From NCBI RefSeq assembly GCF_000143415.4, contig NW_003314403.1:190316-254315 (forward strand): a DNA stretch of 64,000 nucleotides. Reading direction: 5' to 3'. Of the stretch, positions 48,249 to 61,700 are shown piece after piece; the first letter of the stretch is position 1; every line of letters begins with the position of its first letter. Source of the stretch: Selaginella moellendorffii. Lineage: Eukaryota > Plantae > Lycopodiophyta. A model generated the notes under the pieces. It was not told the origin of the DNA and searched no databases. It saw only the letters and a list, made by a program, of their open reading frames with translations. Made by a program: the position numbers and the translations under genes.

Positions 48249-50965
48249 GCTCACTAATACATTTAGCCAATAGCTCTAAGCATGCCTTTGAAGAGGCTAG
48301 CTAGGCATGATCAACATTCAGTCGAAACTAAAGTGCAGACCATGAAATGGATTCATATCGGTACACAACCTCCTCATAGACAAAGCTATAGTATGGGTAC
48401 CAACATCTCAACCTCAAACAACTAAGTTGGACATCACCATCCTTAACCAAGGTGCAGGGTCACTAAGACCAAGTCAAGATCAATGAGAGCTCACTACTCT
48501 CATAGAGTCTAATATAATGCAAGGTGCAACCTGCCACCATGCACAATATTGCAAAAGAAAGGCACAAGGGTCACCTTTCTAGAAAAGTGCAACAGCTACC
48601 TTTCTACACCAACTCCAGACTTTATCCAACTCAATTGCCTTAGCCCCAAAAGTGAGCATCTTTTTCAGGTCGTATCATACAAGCTACCTACTAAGGTCTA
48701 ATCTAACCGAAGTCAACTCCAACCCTTTCATTAATTTGTATTGACTTACAAAAATGGAATGGTTTTCAAGCAAAGTGACCAACAGATTAACCATTAGAAA
48801 AGTTTAAGAAAATTCGTGGAAAATTTTCCATCTTAGAGAAAGAATGACTTTCAATCCAGGAATACAAACTTTCAAAACTCAACCAACTTCTTTCTACCTA
48901 CAACTTCATATAGTTCACTTTAACACCAATTCTCATAACCCATAATACATTGCTAGCACTTGTGTTAGTGGAAATGGTATTGTTATTTCAAGTGATGAGG
49001 ATTTTTTCCTTAAAGCTTGATTTTCCATGTCATTTTTTTTGTTAGTGTTTGGGCTTCACATTGGATCTTGAAGATGGTTAAAGAAGAGTGTTAGTGCAAA
49101 TGTGGATATCCGAAGATGTGGTCTTCGTGATCGAGCCTTGGATGTTCATTTTGCATTTTTGTGGATGTCAGTGTTGGATGTCGAAAGTATGGGCAAAAAT
49201 GTTCGAAGCTTAAGCATCCATCCAATAATATACTCCAAGTGCTAACAGATCAACTAATGAGCTATAGTAAATGAATGCTACAACCCTTTTCCAACACCTC
49301 ATGGGCAAACTCTCAAGGAAACAAGGTACCAACTTAAGCTTAGCATAATGGACCACCATCAAGAATCCAGTCAAAGCTACTACAATGCTACTATATGTAA
49401 GTAGATTAGCTTCACTATCAACTATTTTGGGGTTGATCATCATTTAACCAAGCAACTTCGTAAACACATTGCTCACTATCATATGGATATGAGATAAAAA
49501 TCACAATGACTTGATCATCATATGACCAACACCATAGTAATGCCCATGTCTCTACTACAAAGGTTTATATGACTATCAAGTGCTAACTCAATTGGACAAA
49601 ATGCAACATAAATGCCACACTCTACCAATAGAGACTTACAACACAACACCACTAACTTTTTTTCACAACATGGACAAGCTTATGCCACTCTTTTTCCGAT
49701 CAAACTCAAAACTAATCCAACACCAAGCTACTAAAGGAGTAATAGCAAGGTTCCCCGGAAAAAAATTGAGCATTGTAACCCAAGTCTTCTAATGGCAAGC
49801 GTAGACAAAATGGTTTAATGCTTCATTGCTATCCATCTCATAACTCACCACTTGTTAGTCCATCACTTCCTATATGCATCAAGATAGGGACTCTTGATTG
49901 CATACCATGAACACAAGCAATGAGTCACACCTCGTTGCAAATCATCTCTCAAAAAGAGAAAATGATTTACGTGTTTGATCCTTCATCCCTAACGAGTCTC
50001 TTTTCGGTCTCATCTTTGACTAAACCTCAAGTTTGCTTTCGCACTATTTTCAGTCCAATCCAAGAAAAGTTTATGAGAGAGCACGGCAATGACTATTTGA
50101 ACCAATAGACTAATCCCTATAGTTTTGATTGATCCACTTGTAAACATGCCTAGGAAAGATCCACTAGTGCCGTGCTAAACAGCTACAGACTAGCCTATTT
50201 GCCACTCATAGCAAATCCAAGGAAGATTTACTTTCTCCCATGGTACAAGGAACAACTTATGGAACCACCGATAGGCTAACATTAATCCTGCTAACTCAAA
50301 GTGCAACCTTGAGTTACTAATGTGCCTCACTCATGAGCCCAAGCACAAAAACGTGCAAAATGGTACACCATCCTATAACCCCAAGAGCAAGCTCACATCA
50401 TAAGGTACAAAAAGGCAACCAAAAATGTTTATACTCAAGGAACGATTGTGAAGCCTTTGCACCCAAACATGTACCCACTCAGATCATTGTTTTCATTTCT
50501 GCGTATGCAATGAGACTAGTTGCCCAATCTCATTGGATAGTACTCGCTGAGACTCTGCCTCTGATACCAAATGTAGTGCACGTGGTTTTGACCTTTTATC
50601 CTATGGTGATTTACCATAGGATAACCATGAAGCAGAACCTAAACCCTTTTTGTGCCACGTGACAGATGCCATATTTCACATGCCACATGTCCAAAAGACA
50701 GTGGTGCGGAACCCGAGTTTTAGGGCCTTGGGTTATTGAACGAAGGAACGGTGCCAAACTCCCAAGCATGGAGCCAAGGAGTGACGGAACCAGACCACGG
50801 AGCAACTCTCGAGTATATAGCCCAAGGAGCGAAGGGACAAGGGCATGGAGCGACTTGGAACAGTCCTAGAGTAACCAGTATTCCAATGCCAGGACCAGCA
50901 TGCAAAATGGAGCCAAACAGAGTTTGGCACTATTTTTGCATATTGGTAGCCTAACGTGAGGATAT

Positions 50966-52067
50966 TGTGAGCCACAAATTTTTCCTTTCCAATTTGCCAG
51001 CTTACTTCGTCTATCCGACCAACACTGGCTTGGCTTTTGCTAAGTTCCCTCGCCAAGGTTCCCGCCTATTATACCAACTCCTACTTGGTCCTACTTGGTT
51101 TCAACTACTCACTACACGAGCAACGGAGCGTTAGCCATCCATCCATGGATTCCCAAATCTCTCCCAATTCCCCTCCCTGGGTTAGACTGGACTTAAGGTT
51201 TGGCTACACTCCCCGCAGGCACAAGCAGCCAAGCACACCAAGCCTCTAGATTCCTAATATCCCTTGGTACAACAAGACTTGATCATGGGACCCTCTAAAT
51301 CCCAAGCCTTGGGTGCAACACTTGCTTCGGGATGCTGGGGTGAAACACCATGGCCTAATGGCCCAATATGGGTACCTCTACCCCCCCACTTCCATCCCGA
51401 AGGGAAGGCCCAAGCCCCTAGGACGGGTGAGGACCAATAAGCCACAAGGTACTCAAGTGGGGCACCACTCCACATGAGCCGGGATCACTGCAATTGGTTT
51501 CCCTTTCGAGAGTGGGAGCTGCTCTTGAGCACTTCCTTGGGTGGCCCCTCCGGCACCACCCAAGTCCATGCTCACTCCCACCCAAGGCCCCTCAGCCCCA
51601 GTCTCAACCTCAAGTCAGTTTGGAAGCACCACTGGAGAGTTCTTTCAAGACTAGTTCCTGGACTATCCCTATTATACTTTTGGAACCCCCTGCAACCCCC
51701 CCCGGGGAGACACATGCTTTGGGCTTTCACCCCTTGACCCGTATTAGTACTTGGACTCGGTCTCGGACTCGATCTTGGACCTGATCTCGGACCCGACTTC
51801 GGACTCAGTCTTGGACTCGATCTCGGACTCGACTTCGGACTCAACCTCGGACTCAGTCTCGGACCAGATTCGGATCTCAGACTCTGTCTCGAACTCAGTC
51901 TCCGATTTGGCCTCAGAATCGATCCCGGACTCTATCTCGAACTCGGTCTCAAAGTCGGTCTTGGACTCGATTTCCGACTCAGTCCCATCCGATGAACTCT
52001 TTGTCATTTTGGTCAAGCTTTTGGGGATGCTTTAGCCTATGACACCTTGGGGAGTTGGTTCCTTACA
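50966..52067. mobile_element. Solo LTR, family C, nested in the family-A 5' LTR, TSD GATAT
   Basis: TGTGAG...CTTACA flanked by GATAT/GATAT; the uninterrupted 3' LTR has a single GATAT (~44499). A 12-bp ctcggactc minisatellite lies at ~51750-51985. Confidence 0.88.
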
Positions 52068-53154
52068 GATATGGGTACTCCATCAGCTAGCATGGAGTGG
52101 AACTTGGGCTTAGACCCAAGCCAAATGCAAAACAAAGATAGGCATGCAAGTGGGAGTTAGACTATGTCTCAGGTTGGTTAGTCATGCCCGACCTACCCAG
52201 TATCCCTACTATATATTTGGAACCCCCCATAGCGCCCCCGCCCCTTTGAGGAACACATGCTTTGGGCTTTCACTCCAAGCCTCCTTTAGTATCAGAAGTT
52301 AGTTTTTGGGACAAGCTCGAAATTTACTAAATATGGAAGGGTGCTAGAATGCGAATTTGGACACGGGATGAACACCATTGTGTTCAGACCAATCTCTACA
52401 TTCTGTAGATATGCCAAATGAGCAAATCTAGACACTTTCCATAAATAGCATTTGAAACTAGAATGAGACTAACTCAAAGGGCATGATAGCAAGGGTGTTT
52501 GGCAGACATGGTAAGCTATCATTTAGTGATATTGAGGGACCAAGCTCAATATCACGGGGGTTCCCAACACTAACAAGTGCAAGTCAACGAATGAGTTTCT
52601 CTAACCAGGTCAAGTATGCTTGATTAAATAGACACTTAGGAATTCCTTCCTTATGCTCATCTGGTCAAGTGCACATGCGAAGACTAGTTTCTCAATTAGC
52701 TTAGGCGAAGACTGATAACGGGTCCAACAATACTGACCTCCTGCCGTCGTGGTAGTAAGAAAAGAGTGTTCGTAAGGACTAGCCGACAGGTAACTTTCGA
52801 TACCCGTAGTCACATTCACGACACTAACACATAAGTGTTCCTTGCTCAACTTTGTTATTTGGATTTCTTCCAATGATTTCTATAGCTAACACTTGGCCAC
52901 TAGTCCTTTGCTCCTACCCTTTGATTGTTGCACTAAACAACACATGATCATTACTTCCATCCTTGAAGTATTCTTTTTGTTCCATAGCAAAAGCTTTGCT
53001 TTGCTAAGTCTAAAGGGTGTTCACCTCTAGTAAGTCTCTTCAATATTTTCTCTATTCATGGCCCAACTTTGCCACCCACCCATGGGTCCTTCCTTGGAAA
53101 CTATTTTCTTAAATTCATAATACAATTGTATTGTTGCAGTTCATTTCCCTTTTC

Positions 53155-53320
53155 TCCATCTTGGGTTCATCTTGGGACTATCTTAGGTTCCATCTTGAGT
53201 CCATCTCGGACTCCATCTTGGGTCCATCTTGAACTCCATCTCAGGTCCATTTCAGATTCCATCTCAAACTCCATCTTGGGTTCACCTCAGACTCTATCTC
53301 GAGTCCATCTCAAACTCATG
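53155..53320. repeat. 11-bp minisatellite (ccatcttgggt/ccatctcggact), family-B LTR fragment
   Basis: Same unit as 43020-43250. Confidence 0.75.
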
Positions 53321-53589
53321 GTTGATTGACTTAAACCTTTGATAACACATGATCTCTATAATCTCCTTGGTATGGCTGAAGTTTTAACATTTTGTGAAGG
53401 ACTTTTTAGAAATAGTACTCCATTGACTAATCGATTTTAAAACACATTAAAATATGCTATTATTCATGATTGGGATGGGAAGTGTTAAGCAACATTTTAG
53501 CAATTGAAACAATAATATATCTCTACTTCTATGTTAAGGATTTTTTATTTATTAAGGGATGCCTCTCACCTTTTTTTAGTGTTATAATG

Positions 53590-53930
53590 TATGAAGAGTT
53601 GAGCATTTGGGGGGTACTAAGGATGTATGTGTTGGTGAAGAGGTATTTTTTTTGACCTAGGATAAAATTAGATGTTGAGAAGTATGTAAGTGGTTGTTTA
53701 ATCTAGGTGGTCAAAGCTGATCATTAAAAGCTTGTTGGTATTTATCATCTGGGATAACATCTTAATGAACTTTATCACTTAAACCTTTTGAAAAAATAAT
53801 GTTATTTGGGTTTTTGTGGATTGATAACTTACTTCTTATTAGTTAAGATGATAATTAAAGCAAGTGTTTATAGATTGGTTATTCAATCCCTATGGTTTGC
53901 CAGGTGACATTATAAATGATTAAGATCCCA
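53590..53930 (+). mobile_element. Highly decayed Ty3/gypsy integrase fragment
   Basis: PRIKLDVEKYVSGC, WDNILMNFIT, IWVFVD and YGLPGDIIND*DP resemble the integrase zinc-binding and core motifs. Confidence 0.55.
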
Positions 53931-54479
53931 TAGAATGTGATAAAAAAATTAACTGATCAACATTGTCATCATTAAGAGTAAAGTAAGTTTTCCTTAAGCT
54001 ATCACATACACAACAATCTCTAAAGGAGGTAGTAGTGCTAAGTTATCTCTATAATATTATTGGCCTTAAACAATTTTGTAATGCATGAGGCATTTGGATT
54101 TTCTAACTAGTTCAAAGATAAATAGACTTATTAGCTAATTTGAAAATTCATCCAATATTTTATTTGAGCAAGTTTAAAATGTATTTGCACTCTAGTGATG
54201 TCATGGATTAATCCATCATCTAAATCATAAAGATTGATGTTGAGAAGGTTGGTGTAACTAATATTCTTGCTCAAGAATTCAAGAGTTGTTGGTTTAGTGA
54301 AATAAATATCCTATAGACTATGTTATATAAGAAACTGAAAATGACATAGAATTTCTCAAGTTTTGGTGAGTTTTAGTCATGAGAGGGAGAATGACAACAA
54401 CAATATTTTAAGAGCCCTGGTTGAGGTTGGGCTGGCTACGTCATAAAGCCAAACGATAGCGAAATCTTCTCCAAGGTGG

Positions 54480-55454
54480 GCGATGCGGGGCAGATCGCAC
54501 AGTTCTGGCCGGTTCAAGTGATGGCAAGAGTTGTGTCCTCCACTTCGATTTCACCGTGAGGGACAAGACAGTGTTGAGGAAGATAGAAGACGCCACACCA
54601 ACAAGATGGCTCAAGGAGCTCAAGGTCTCGCTCTCCTGCCTCAAAACATCCGAAGCTACAGGCCATTGGCTCTTACAGTTCTAGACTTCGAGGTGTGGGG
54701 CAGCCTTGAATTGCGTGTGGAGGTTGCTCTCGTGCTTGCGCAAGCTCAAGAGCTTCCGGATGGCTGGAGACTTCTACAGTTTTAAAAGCCTCTTTGCAAA
54801 GCTGCCAGTTTTGCAGCGCTACAAGTGTGTCTTCCTCCTCGTGGCATGCCCAATGCTGGAGTATCTCAGCGGGCTTGTGGACACCTCGAAAGAAAGAGTG
54901 CCAGCCTCGAGAGTTTCTCAGGGCGACGAGGTTGCAGCGAGAACGTGAAAGTTTACGATGATCACCGTATCCTTTTTGCATGTCTTTTTAATAACCTTAG
55001 TTTTCTAGGGCAGGGAAAAGCTATGGCGGAGGTGGAAGCGACGGTGGAGTTCCTTAAAGCAGTCATGGATTTCTCGAGGACAGGCGTGAAACCTGACTGG
55101 ATAGAGGTGGAGTATGGTCCTTATGACATCCGTGGATATAAGGATTCTAGGCCTAAACGGGTTAAATCTCAAGAGGTGTTGGAAGAGATTGACAGGAAGA
55201 ACAAGGAGCTGTGGGAACTGTACAGCCATGGAAATGTATTTGGCACTATTTGCTCTAAGTGGGTTTGCTATGGGCACTGTGGATTTGATGATTCGGATCC
55301 CTTGTGTAGCAAGGAGCATCCTCCAGAGTATCGAGGTAAATCAGGCTCCATCCTGGATAATGAATTAGCGTTCGCTCGCCAGAGAGTCCAGAATGGCCAG
55401 GTTGACAGGAGGATCTTGCCTCCAAGTGGATGTAAGTCATTGAATAAAATTTGA
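54480..55454 (+). CDS. Uncharacterised, probably spliced gene whose last exon has a CCCH-type zinc-finger-like motif
   Basis: GC-richer island among AT-rich TE debris. The ORF ending at 55454 contains ICSKWVCYGHCGFDDSDPLCSKEH (C-x8-C-x8-C-x3-H). Plausible acceptor ttttctag at ~55008. The 5' structure is uncertain. Confidence 0.4.
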
Positions 55455-56559
55455 TTTTGCGCGTTGCCATCATCCAAGAGGTGAGTCTCCTTGCTCTTTG
55501 TTTGTTCTCCAACCTCTCTTTGTAGGCCGGGGTGGAGAACGGTTGGGCAAGCTTCTGTATATGGTACCCCGATTTCTTTGCTCGGTAAGATCATTAGCCA
55601 GGTTGCCATTGTTATCACGTCTGTTGTTCATTTGGTAGATGTTATCAGTGCCGTAAGTCGCGATCCCGAAGTTTGAGAGGGCAGTTTGTTTATCTTTTTC
55701 TTTGTTCTCCCTTCTCATGCACAATGTTCCAGAGGACGTAAAGGCTGCAGTTGATGCTGTGATCAACAGAAACAAGTCAAAGCTTTTTGAAAGTGAGGAT
55801 TTTGCTTTAATAATAACTCCCTTCTGGTATCAGCTTTGGCGGCAGCCGTGCTGCTGGTGAGGGAGCTCCAGCTGCCCGCTGATCAGAGAGAAGCTGCTGG
55901 GGGAGAAAACAGAAAAACCAACAAAGTTTGCGTCACAATTGTCAGCGTGACGTGTAAGTTAAATTGCTTAGAATTGCTCGCTTTGCTGGCTGTAACTTGA
56001 GTCCTGATCATGTCGAGACAGTGAGATGTGTACCTGAGAAGCTGCTTTGGCCGAAGAAGAGGTAGGTTTTTATACTTCTCTCCATTGCAGCTATAAGAAA
56101 CAATGACATCATTTCCTAGTGGAGCGCAGGCCGTCTATAGTGGAGACCGTGTTGCAACACAACAAACTAAACCGTATGTGGTCTTCTCTTAGAAGATAGA
56201 ATTCCATCACTGTTGCATTGCTTACTCAGGAAATAAGGTCACACTCCAGCAACTAAGGCATGCTTAAGTGGCTATGCCTTTGTATGCATGGAGGCATGCT
56301 CTCTTCACCATGGTCGTTAAGTATGCTAGTGTTATGATCTGGCACAAAAAAGACAAAGATCTAGCTGTTTTAGACTACACTATGCCACCTCTTGAGGTTC
56401 CTCACCACCCAACCACCCCCAAACTACCTCAAAAACTCCATTATGCTGCCACTCCAAGTTAGACATGGTAAACTATCATCTAACAAATTGACCATGTGGT
56501 CAAATTTGATGTTTAATTCTTTCCCCCCAATAAAGTCTTTGTCTCAAGGATGAGTTGTA

Positions 56560-58730
56560 CCAGTGATCATCCTTTTTGGGCAACTTTGCTCAAGCTCTTG
56601 GTCCATCTTCCACAGCTGTATACATCAATGAGGCATTGGGCCCGTCACTCCAAGATAGTACACTTTTCAACTGACTAACATAGAATACTAGATGAATTTT
56701 CACCCTAGCTGACAATTGCACCTGATAAGTTGCTTTACCAATGCACTCTAGCACTTAATATGGACTAGCATATCAATGGGAAAGTTTATCATTCTTCCCT
56801 GTTTGTAAAAGTACCAAAGTGTTCTGCCAAAAGATCATTCGCACAAATACGAGATCACCCATATTATATTCTTGGAATTGGCAATGCTTATTAGCAAACT
56901 TCTCCGCTCTATCCTGAGTTACCTGCAAATTCCGTTTGCACACCACCAGAATCTCATTAAGTTCTGTGGCCAGATCAGTCGCCTCAGAATCAAGTTTATC
57001 TTGAATGTCCTTACTCAAATGCAATCCCAACTCTACTACTATTCAAGGATGCTTTCCAAATATTGCAAAGTAAGGACTTAACTTAGTTCCACTATATTGG
57101 TTATTGTTATAAGCAAATTGCACTAACGAAAGATATAGATCCTATTGTCTTTGCTTTTGACCAATGCTACAACATAACATATCTTCCACCACCTAATTCA
57201 CACGCTCAGTTTGCCCATCCGTCTGAGGATGATTTCCACTCGAGAGTTTCAAAATCACTTGCATAGCCTTTGCAAAGCTCTTCCAAAATCCACTGGTAAA
57301 CTTTGAATCTCGATCACTAATAATATTCTTTAGCAAACCAAAATAAGGAAAAACCTTCTCTAAGTAAACCGCAACCAAGTCTAAGGCAGCGACAGTCTTC
57401 CAAAGAGCCAACAACTGCACATCCTTCGTTAACCAATCCACTATGACCTATACTTGCTTCTTTTACCTTTGTATTTATGGCAAACAAGTGATGAAGTCCA
57501 TAAAGATACTATACCAATGGCTTTAAGGAATAGGTAAAGGTTGCAAAAGTCCCCCAGGCTTCTCCCGTGGCACCTTAACCTGTTGACAGAGCTTGCATGA
57601 TTTACAATACTTGACGATATCAACTTTCATATTCCTCCAATAAAAATTGCACTTAATTAACTCATATGTCTTCTTCCCCCAAAATGACCGGCCTCTGGAC
57701 GATCATGATAGTGGAATAAAACTTGAGTAATTAACGCATCCACCTGTGGAAATATATACAGTCATTGTAGTATTTGCTATTTAAATGGATGCATTAATTA
57801 CTGTAGTAATTAACGCTACAGTAATTGTGTTAACTCGCTGACCACCTTACTCAAATGATGACAAAATCGGGAGTTTCGTATTAAGCATCGTCCGGAAAAA
57901 TCAAATGTGGTGGCAAATGCTTTATCTCGTGTTTGTCATGTGACGACATTCCAAACTCCATGAGTTTAACAATCTAACAAGCTTGCCTAGTGTTCAACTC
58001 CTCTTATGTGAAAAGATACATAAGTCATTTGTGATCTGTCAACACCATGAACATTGCACCATAAAGATAGTGCCACCACATCCGTAAAGCATGAACAATA
58101 GAAAGTAACTTTTGCTTATATATGGAATAGTGTTGCTCTGCAGAATTCAAAGTTCAACTCTTATATACAATAGGATATCCCTTTTCCATGAGAAATCCTC
58201 CCAATGGATAACAACTCGCATCCCATATCACCTCATAAGTTTTCGATGAATCAGCAATGCGAAGCATTGAAATCTCGCTCAACAATCATTTTAGTGCCAC
58301 AAAACTATCCTCTTGTGGCTTCTTCAACTCGAATGGCACATTTTTGCATAACAACTGTGTCAAAAGAATAACCACCTTTGCAAACTTATGTTGGAAATGT
58401 CGGTAATAACTAGCCATACCAAGAAAACTATGCAACTCGGCCACTATATTTGGTGTAGGTCAGTTTTCCACCACAACCACCTTTCTTGGATTCATCTTGA
58501 CACCCTTAGATATCATAATATGGCTTAAATATTCCATCTCCAACTTTGCAAACTCATATTTGCTCTTCTTCGCATAAAGTTTGCTGTCTTAGAGTAACAA
58601 ATGAACCTTGCGTAAATGCACCTTATGCTCCTCCATATTTTTGCTAAAAACAAGAATATCATCCAAGAAAATCTCCACAAACTAATAATTTGGTTTTGCC
58701 AACCAACACTTCCAGTCCCTTGATACAAGC
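56560..58730 (-). mobile_element. Decayed chromodomain-type Ty3/gypsy pol (RT-RNaseH-integrase-chromo)
   Basis: FLDDILVFSKNMEEH (RT), FLGMASYYR, WWHYLYG (RNase H), IISDRDSKFTSGFW and HPQTDGQTERVN (integrase), KIHLVFYVSQLK followed by a chromodomain-like remnant. Confidence 0.85.
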
Positions 58731-61700
58731 TGTCGCAAATGTGATTTCGAGTATCGAAAGTTACCTGTCAACCGGTCCTTACGGACACTCTTTCCTTACT
58801 ACCATGACGGCAGGAGGTCGGTATTGCTAGTTCCCTTTATCAGCCCCTCTTGTTCAAGTGTTAGTTTACTGAGCTTAGCACCTGTACTTAGTCAGATGGA
58901 CATAAAGTAGGAACTCCTATGTGTTTCTAGCTGAGCATACTCGGCTTGGCTCTTAGTTCTCTTTTGCTCTGTCTTGCATTGGCTTGACAAAAACCCTCGC
59001 GTATTAAGATTAGTCCCTCAATATCGCTGGATGATAGCTTACCGTGTCTGCCAAACACCCTTGCTATCATGCCCTTTGTGTTAGTCTTATTTTGGTCCCA
59101 AATGCTATTTATGGAAAGTGTCTAGATTCACTCATTTGGCATATCTACGGAATGTAGAGATCAGCCTGAACACAATGGTGTTCATCCCATGTCCAAATTC
59201 ACAATCTAAGGACATTTTATATTTAGTAAGTTTCAAGCTTGTCCCAGAGACTAACTCCTGATACTAAGGGAGGCTTGGGGTGAAAGACCAAAGCATGTGT
59301 TCCTCAAGGGGGGGGGGGGGGGGGGGGGGGGGGCTTCCAAATATATAGTAGGGATAGTGGGTAGGTCAAGCATGGCCGACCAACCTGAGGCATAGTCTAG
59401 CTCCCGCTTGCGTGGCTATCCTTGTTCTGCGTCCGGCTTGAGTCTAAGCCCAAGTTCCATTCCATGCTAGCTGGTGGAGTACCTATATCCTCACGTTAGG
59501 CCATCGGTATGCTGAAATAGCGCCAGACTCCATTTGGCTCCGTTTTGCATGCTGGTCTTGGCATTGGGATGTTGGTTGCTCTAGGACTGTTTCAAGTTGC
59601 TCCGGGCTCCTGTCCCTTCACTTCTTGGGTTATATGCTTGGGAGTTGCTCCGTGGTTCGGTTCCGTCACTCCTTGGCTCCATGCTTAGGAGTTTGGCACC
59701 GTTCTTTTGTTTAGTGGCCCAAGGCCCTAAACCGAGGGTTCCACACCATGTTCCTTTGGACATGTGGCATGTGACACATGGCATCTGGCACGTGGCATAA
59801 AGAGAGTTTAGGTTCCGCTTCGTGGTGTTATCCTATGGTAAATCACCATAGGATAGAGGGTAAAAACCACATGTGCTACATTTGGTATTAGAGAATGAAT
59901 CTCAACGAGATCTATCCAAGGAGATTGGGCAACTAGTCTTGTTGCATACACAGAGATGAAAACAATGATCCGAGTGAGTACACATTTGGGTGCAAAGGCT
60001 TCACAATTGGTTCCTTGGGTATGGATATTATTACCTTGTTGTACCTTATGATGTGAGCTTGCGCTTGGGCTCATAGGATGGTTTGGAGATGTTCCATGTA
60101 CCATGGGTGAAAGTAAACTTTCCCTGGGTTTGCTATGAGTGGCAAATAGGCTGGTCCGTAGCTGTTTAGCACGGCACTAGTGGATTCTTCCTAGGCATGA
60201 TTATGAGTGGATCAATCAAGACTGTAGTGATTAGTCTATTGGTTCAAGTAATCATTGTCGTGTTCTCTCATAGACTTTTCTTGGATTGAATTGAAGGTAG
60301 TGCAAAAGCAAACTTGAGGTTTAGTCAAAGATGAGACCGAAAAGAGAGTTGTCAGGGACGAAGGATCAAACACGTAAATCATTTTCTCTTGGAGAAATGA
60401 TTTGCAACGAGGTGTTAACTCATTGCTTGTGTTCACATCATGCAAACAAGAGTCCCTATCTTGATGCATGTTGGAGATGATGGTTTTACAATGGTGAGTT
60501 GTGAGATGGATAGCAGTGAAGTGCTATACCATTTTGTTTAGGCTTGCTTATGGAAGACTGGGGTTATAATGCTCAATTCTTTTCTGGGGAACTTTGCTAT
60601 TGCTCCTTGAGTAGTTTGGTGTTGGATTAGTTTTGAGTTTAGTTGGAAAAAGAGTGGCATGAGTTTGTCCATATTGTGAACAAAAGTTGGTGGTGTTCAG
60701 TGTTGTGAATCTCTATCGGTGAAGTGTGGCATTTATGTTGCATTTTGTTGAATTGAGTTGACACTTGATACTTACGTAAACCTTGGTAGTAATGATATGG
60801 GCGTTGCTTGTAGTGTTGCTCAATTGATGATCAAGTCATTGTGATACTCATATCATATCTATATAATAATGAGCAATGTGTTTACGAAGTTTCTTGGTTA
60901 AATGATGATTAACCCCAAAGTGGTTGATGGTGAAGCTAGTCTACTTGGAGAAAGTGGCATTGTAGTAGCCTTGACTGGATTTTCGATGGTGGTCCATTAT
61001 GCTAAGCTTAAATAGGTACCTTGTTTTCTAGAGTTCGCCCATTAAGGTGTTGGAAAAAGGTTATAGCATTCATCTGCTATAACTTGTCAGTTAATCCGTT
61101 AACACTTGGAGTAAATTGTTGGATGGAGAATGTGTGTAGTTGGGGCATTGACATCACTAGCACTTGTGTTAGTGGAAGTGGCATTGTTATTTCAAGTGAT
61201 GAGGAATTTCCCTTAGACCTTGATTTTCCATGTCATTTTTCTTGTTAGTGTTTTGGCTTCACATTGAATCTTGAAGGTGATTGAAGAAGAGTGTTAGTGC
61301 AATATGGATATCCAAAGATGTGGTCTTCGTGATCAAGCCTTGGATGTTCATTTTGCACTTTGCGGATGTTGGTGTTGGATATTGGTTAGATGAGCAAAGA
61401 TGTTCGATGCTTAAGCATATTGATGGATCATGAGAATTTGTATCGAGGTGAACTTATGTGAAGTTGTTTGTAGGAGGAAGTTGGTCGAGTCTTGAAAGTT
61501 TGCAATCCTAGATTGAGAGTCATTCTTTCTCTAGGATGGAAATTTTCCACAAATTTTCTTACACTTCTCCAATGGCTGATCTGTTGATCACTTTGCCGAA
61601 AACCATTCCGTTTACAAACTAGTGAAGGGGTTAGAGTTAACTTCGGTTAGCTTAGAACTTGGTAAGTAGTTTGTATGATGCAACCCAAAAGGGATGCTGA

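Larger units (their letters stand above)
44111..52823 (-). mobile_element. Full-length non-autonomous LTR retroelement (LARD-like, family A): 5' LTR 52823-50572, PBS, ~5 kb ORF-less interior, PPT, 3' LTR 45255-44111
   Basis: Both LTRs read TGTCG...CTACA on the minus strand. PBS TGGTATCAGAG at ~50559-50569; PPT AGGGTGGGAGAG at 45256-45267. Flanks TTAGC/CTAAC are a plausible decayed 5-bp TSD (two transitions). Confidence 0.85.

Noticed and set aside
51744-52035. Ser/Glu/Asp-rich ORFs (also 38786-39289) and a CRISPR-like periodic look
   Set aside because: Translations of 11-12 bp minisatellites inside LTRs; there are no unique spacers or cas genes, and the context is eukaryotic.
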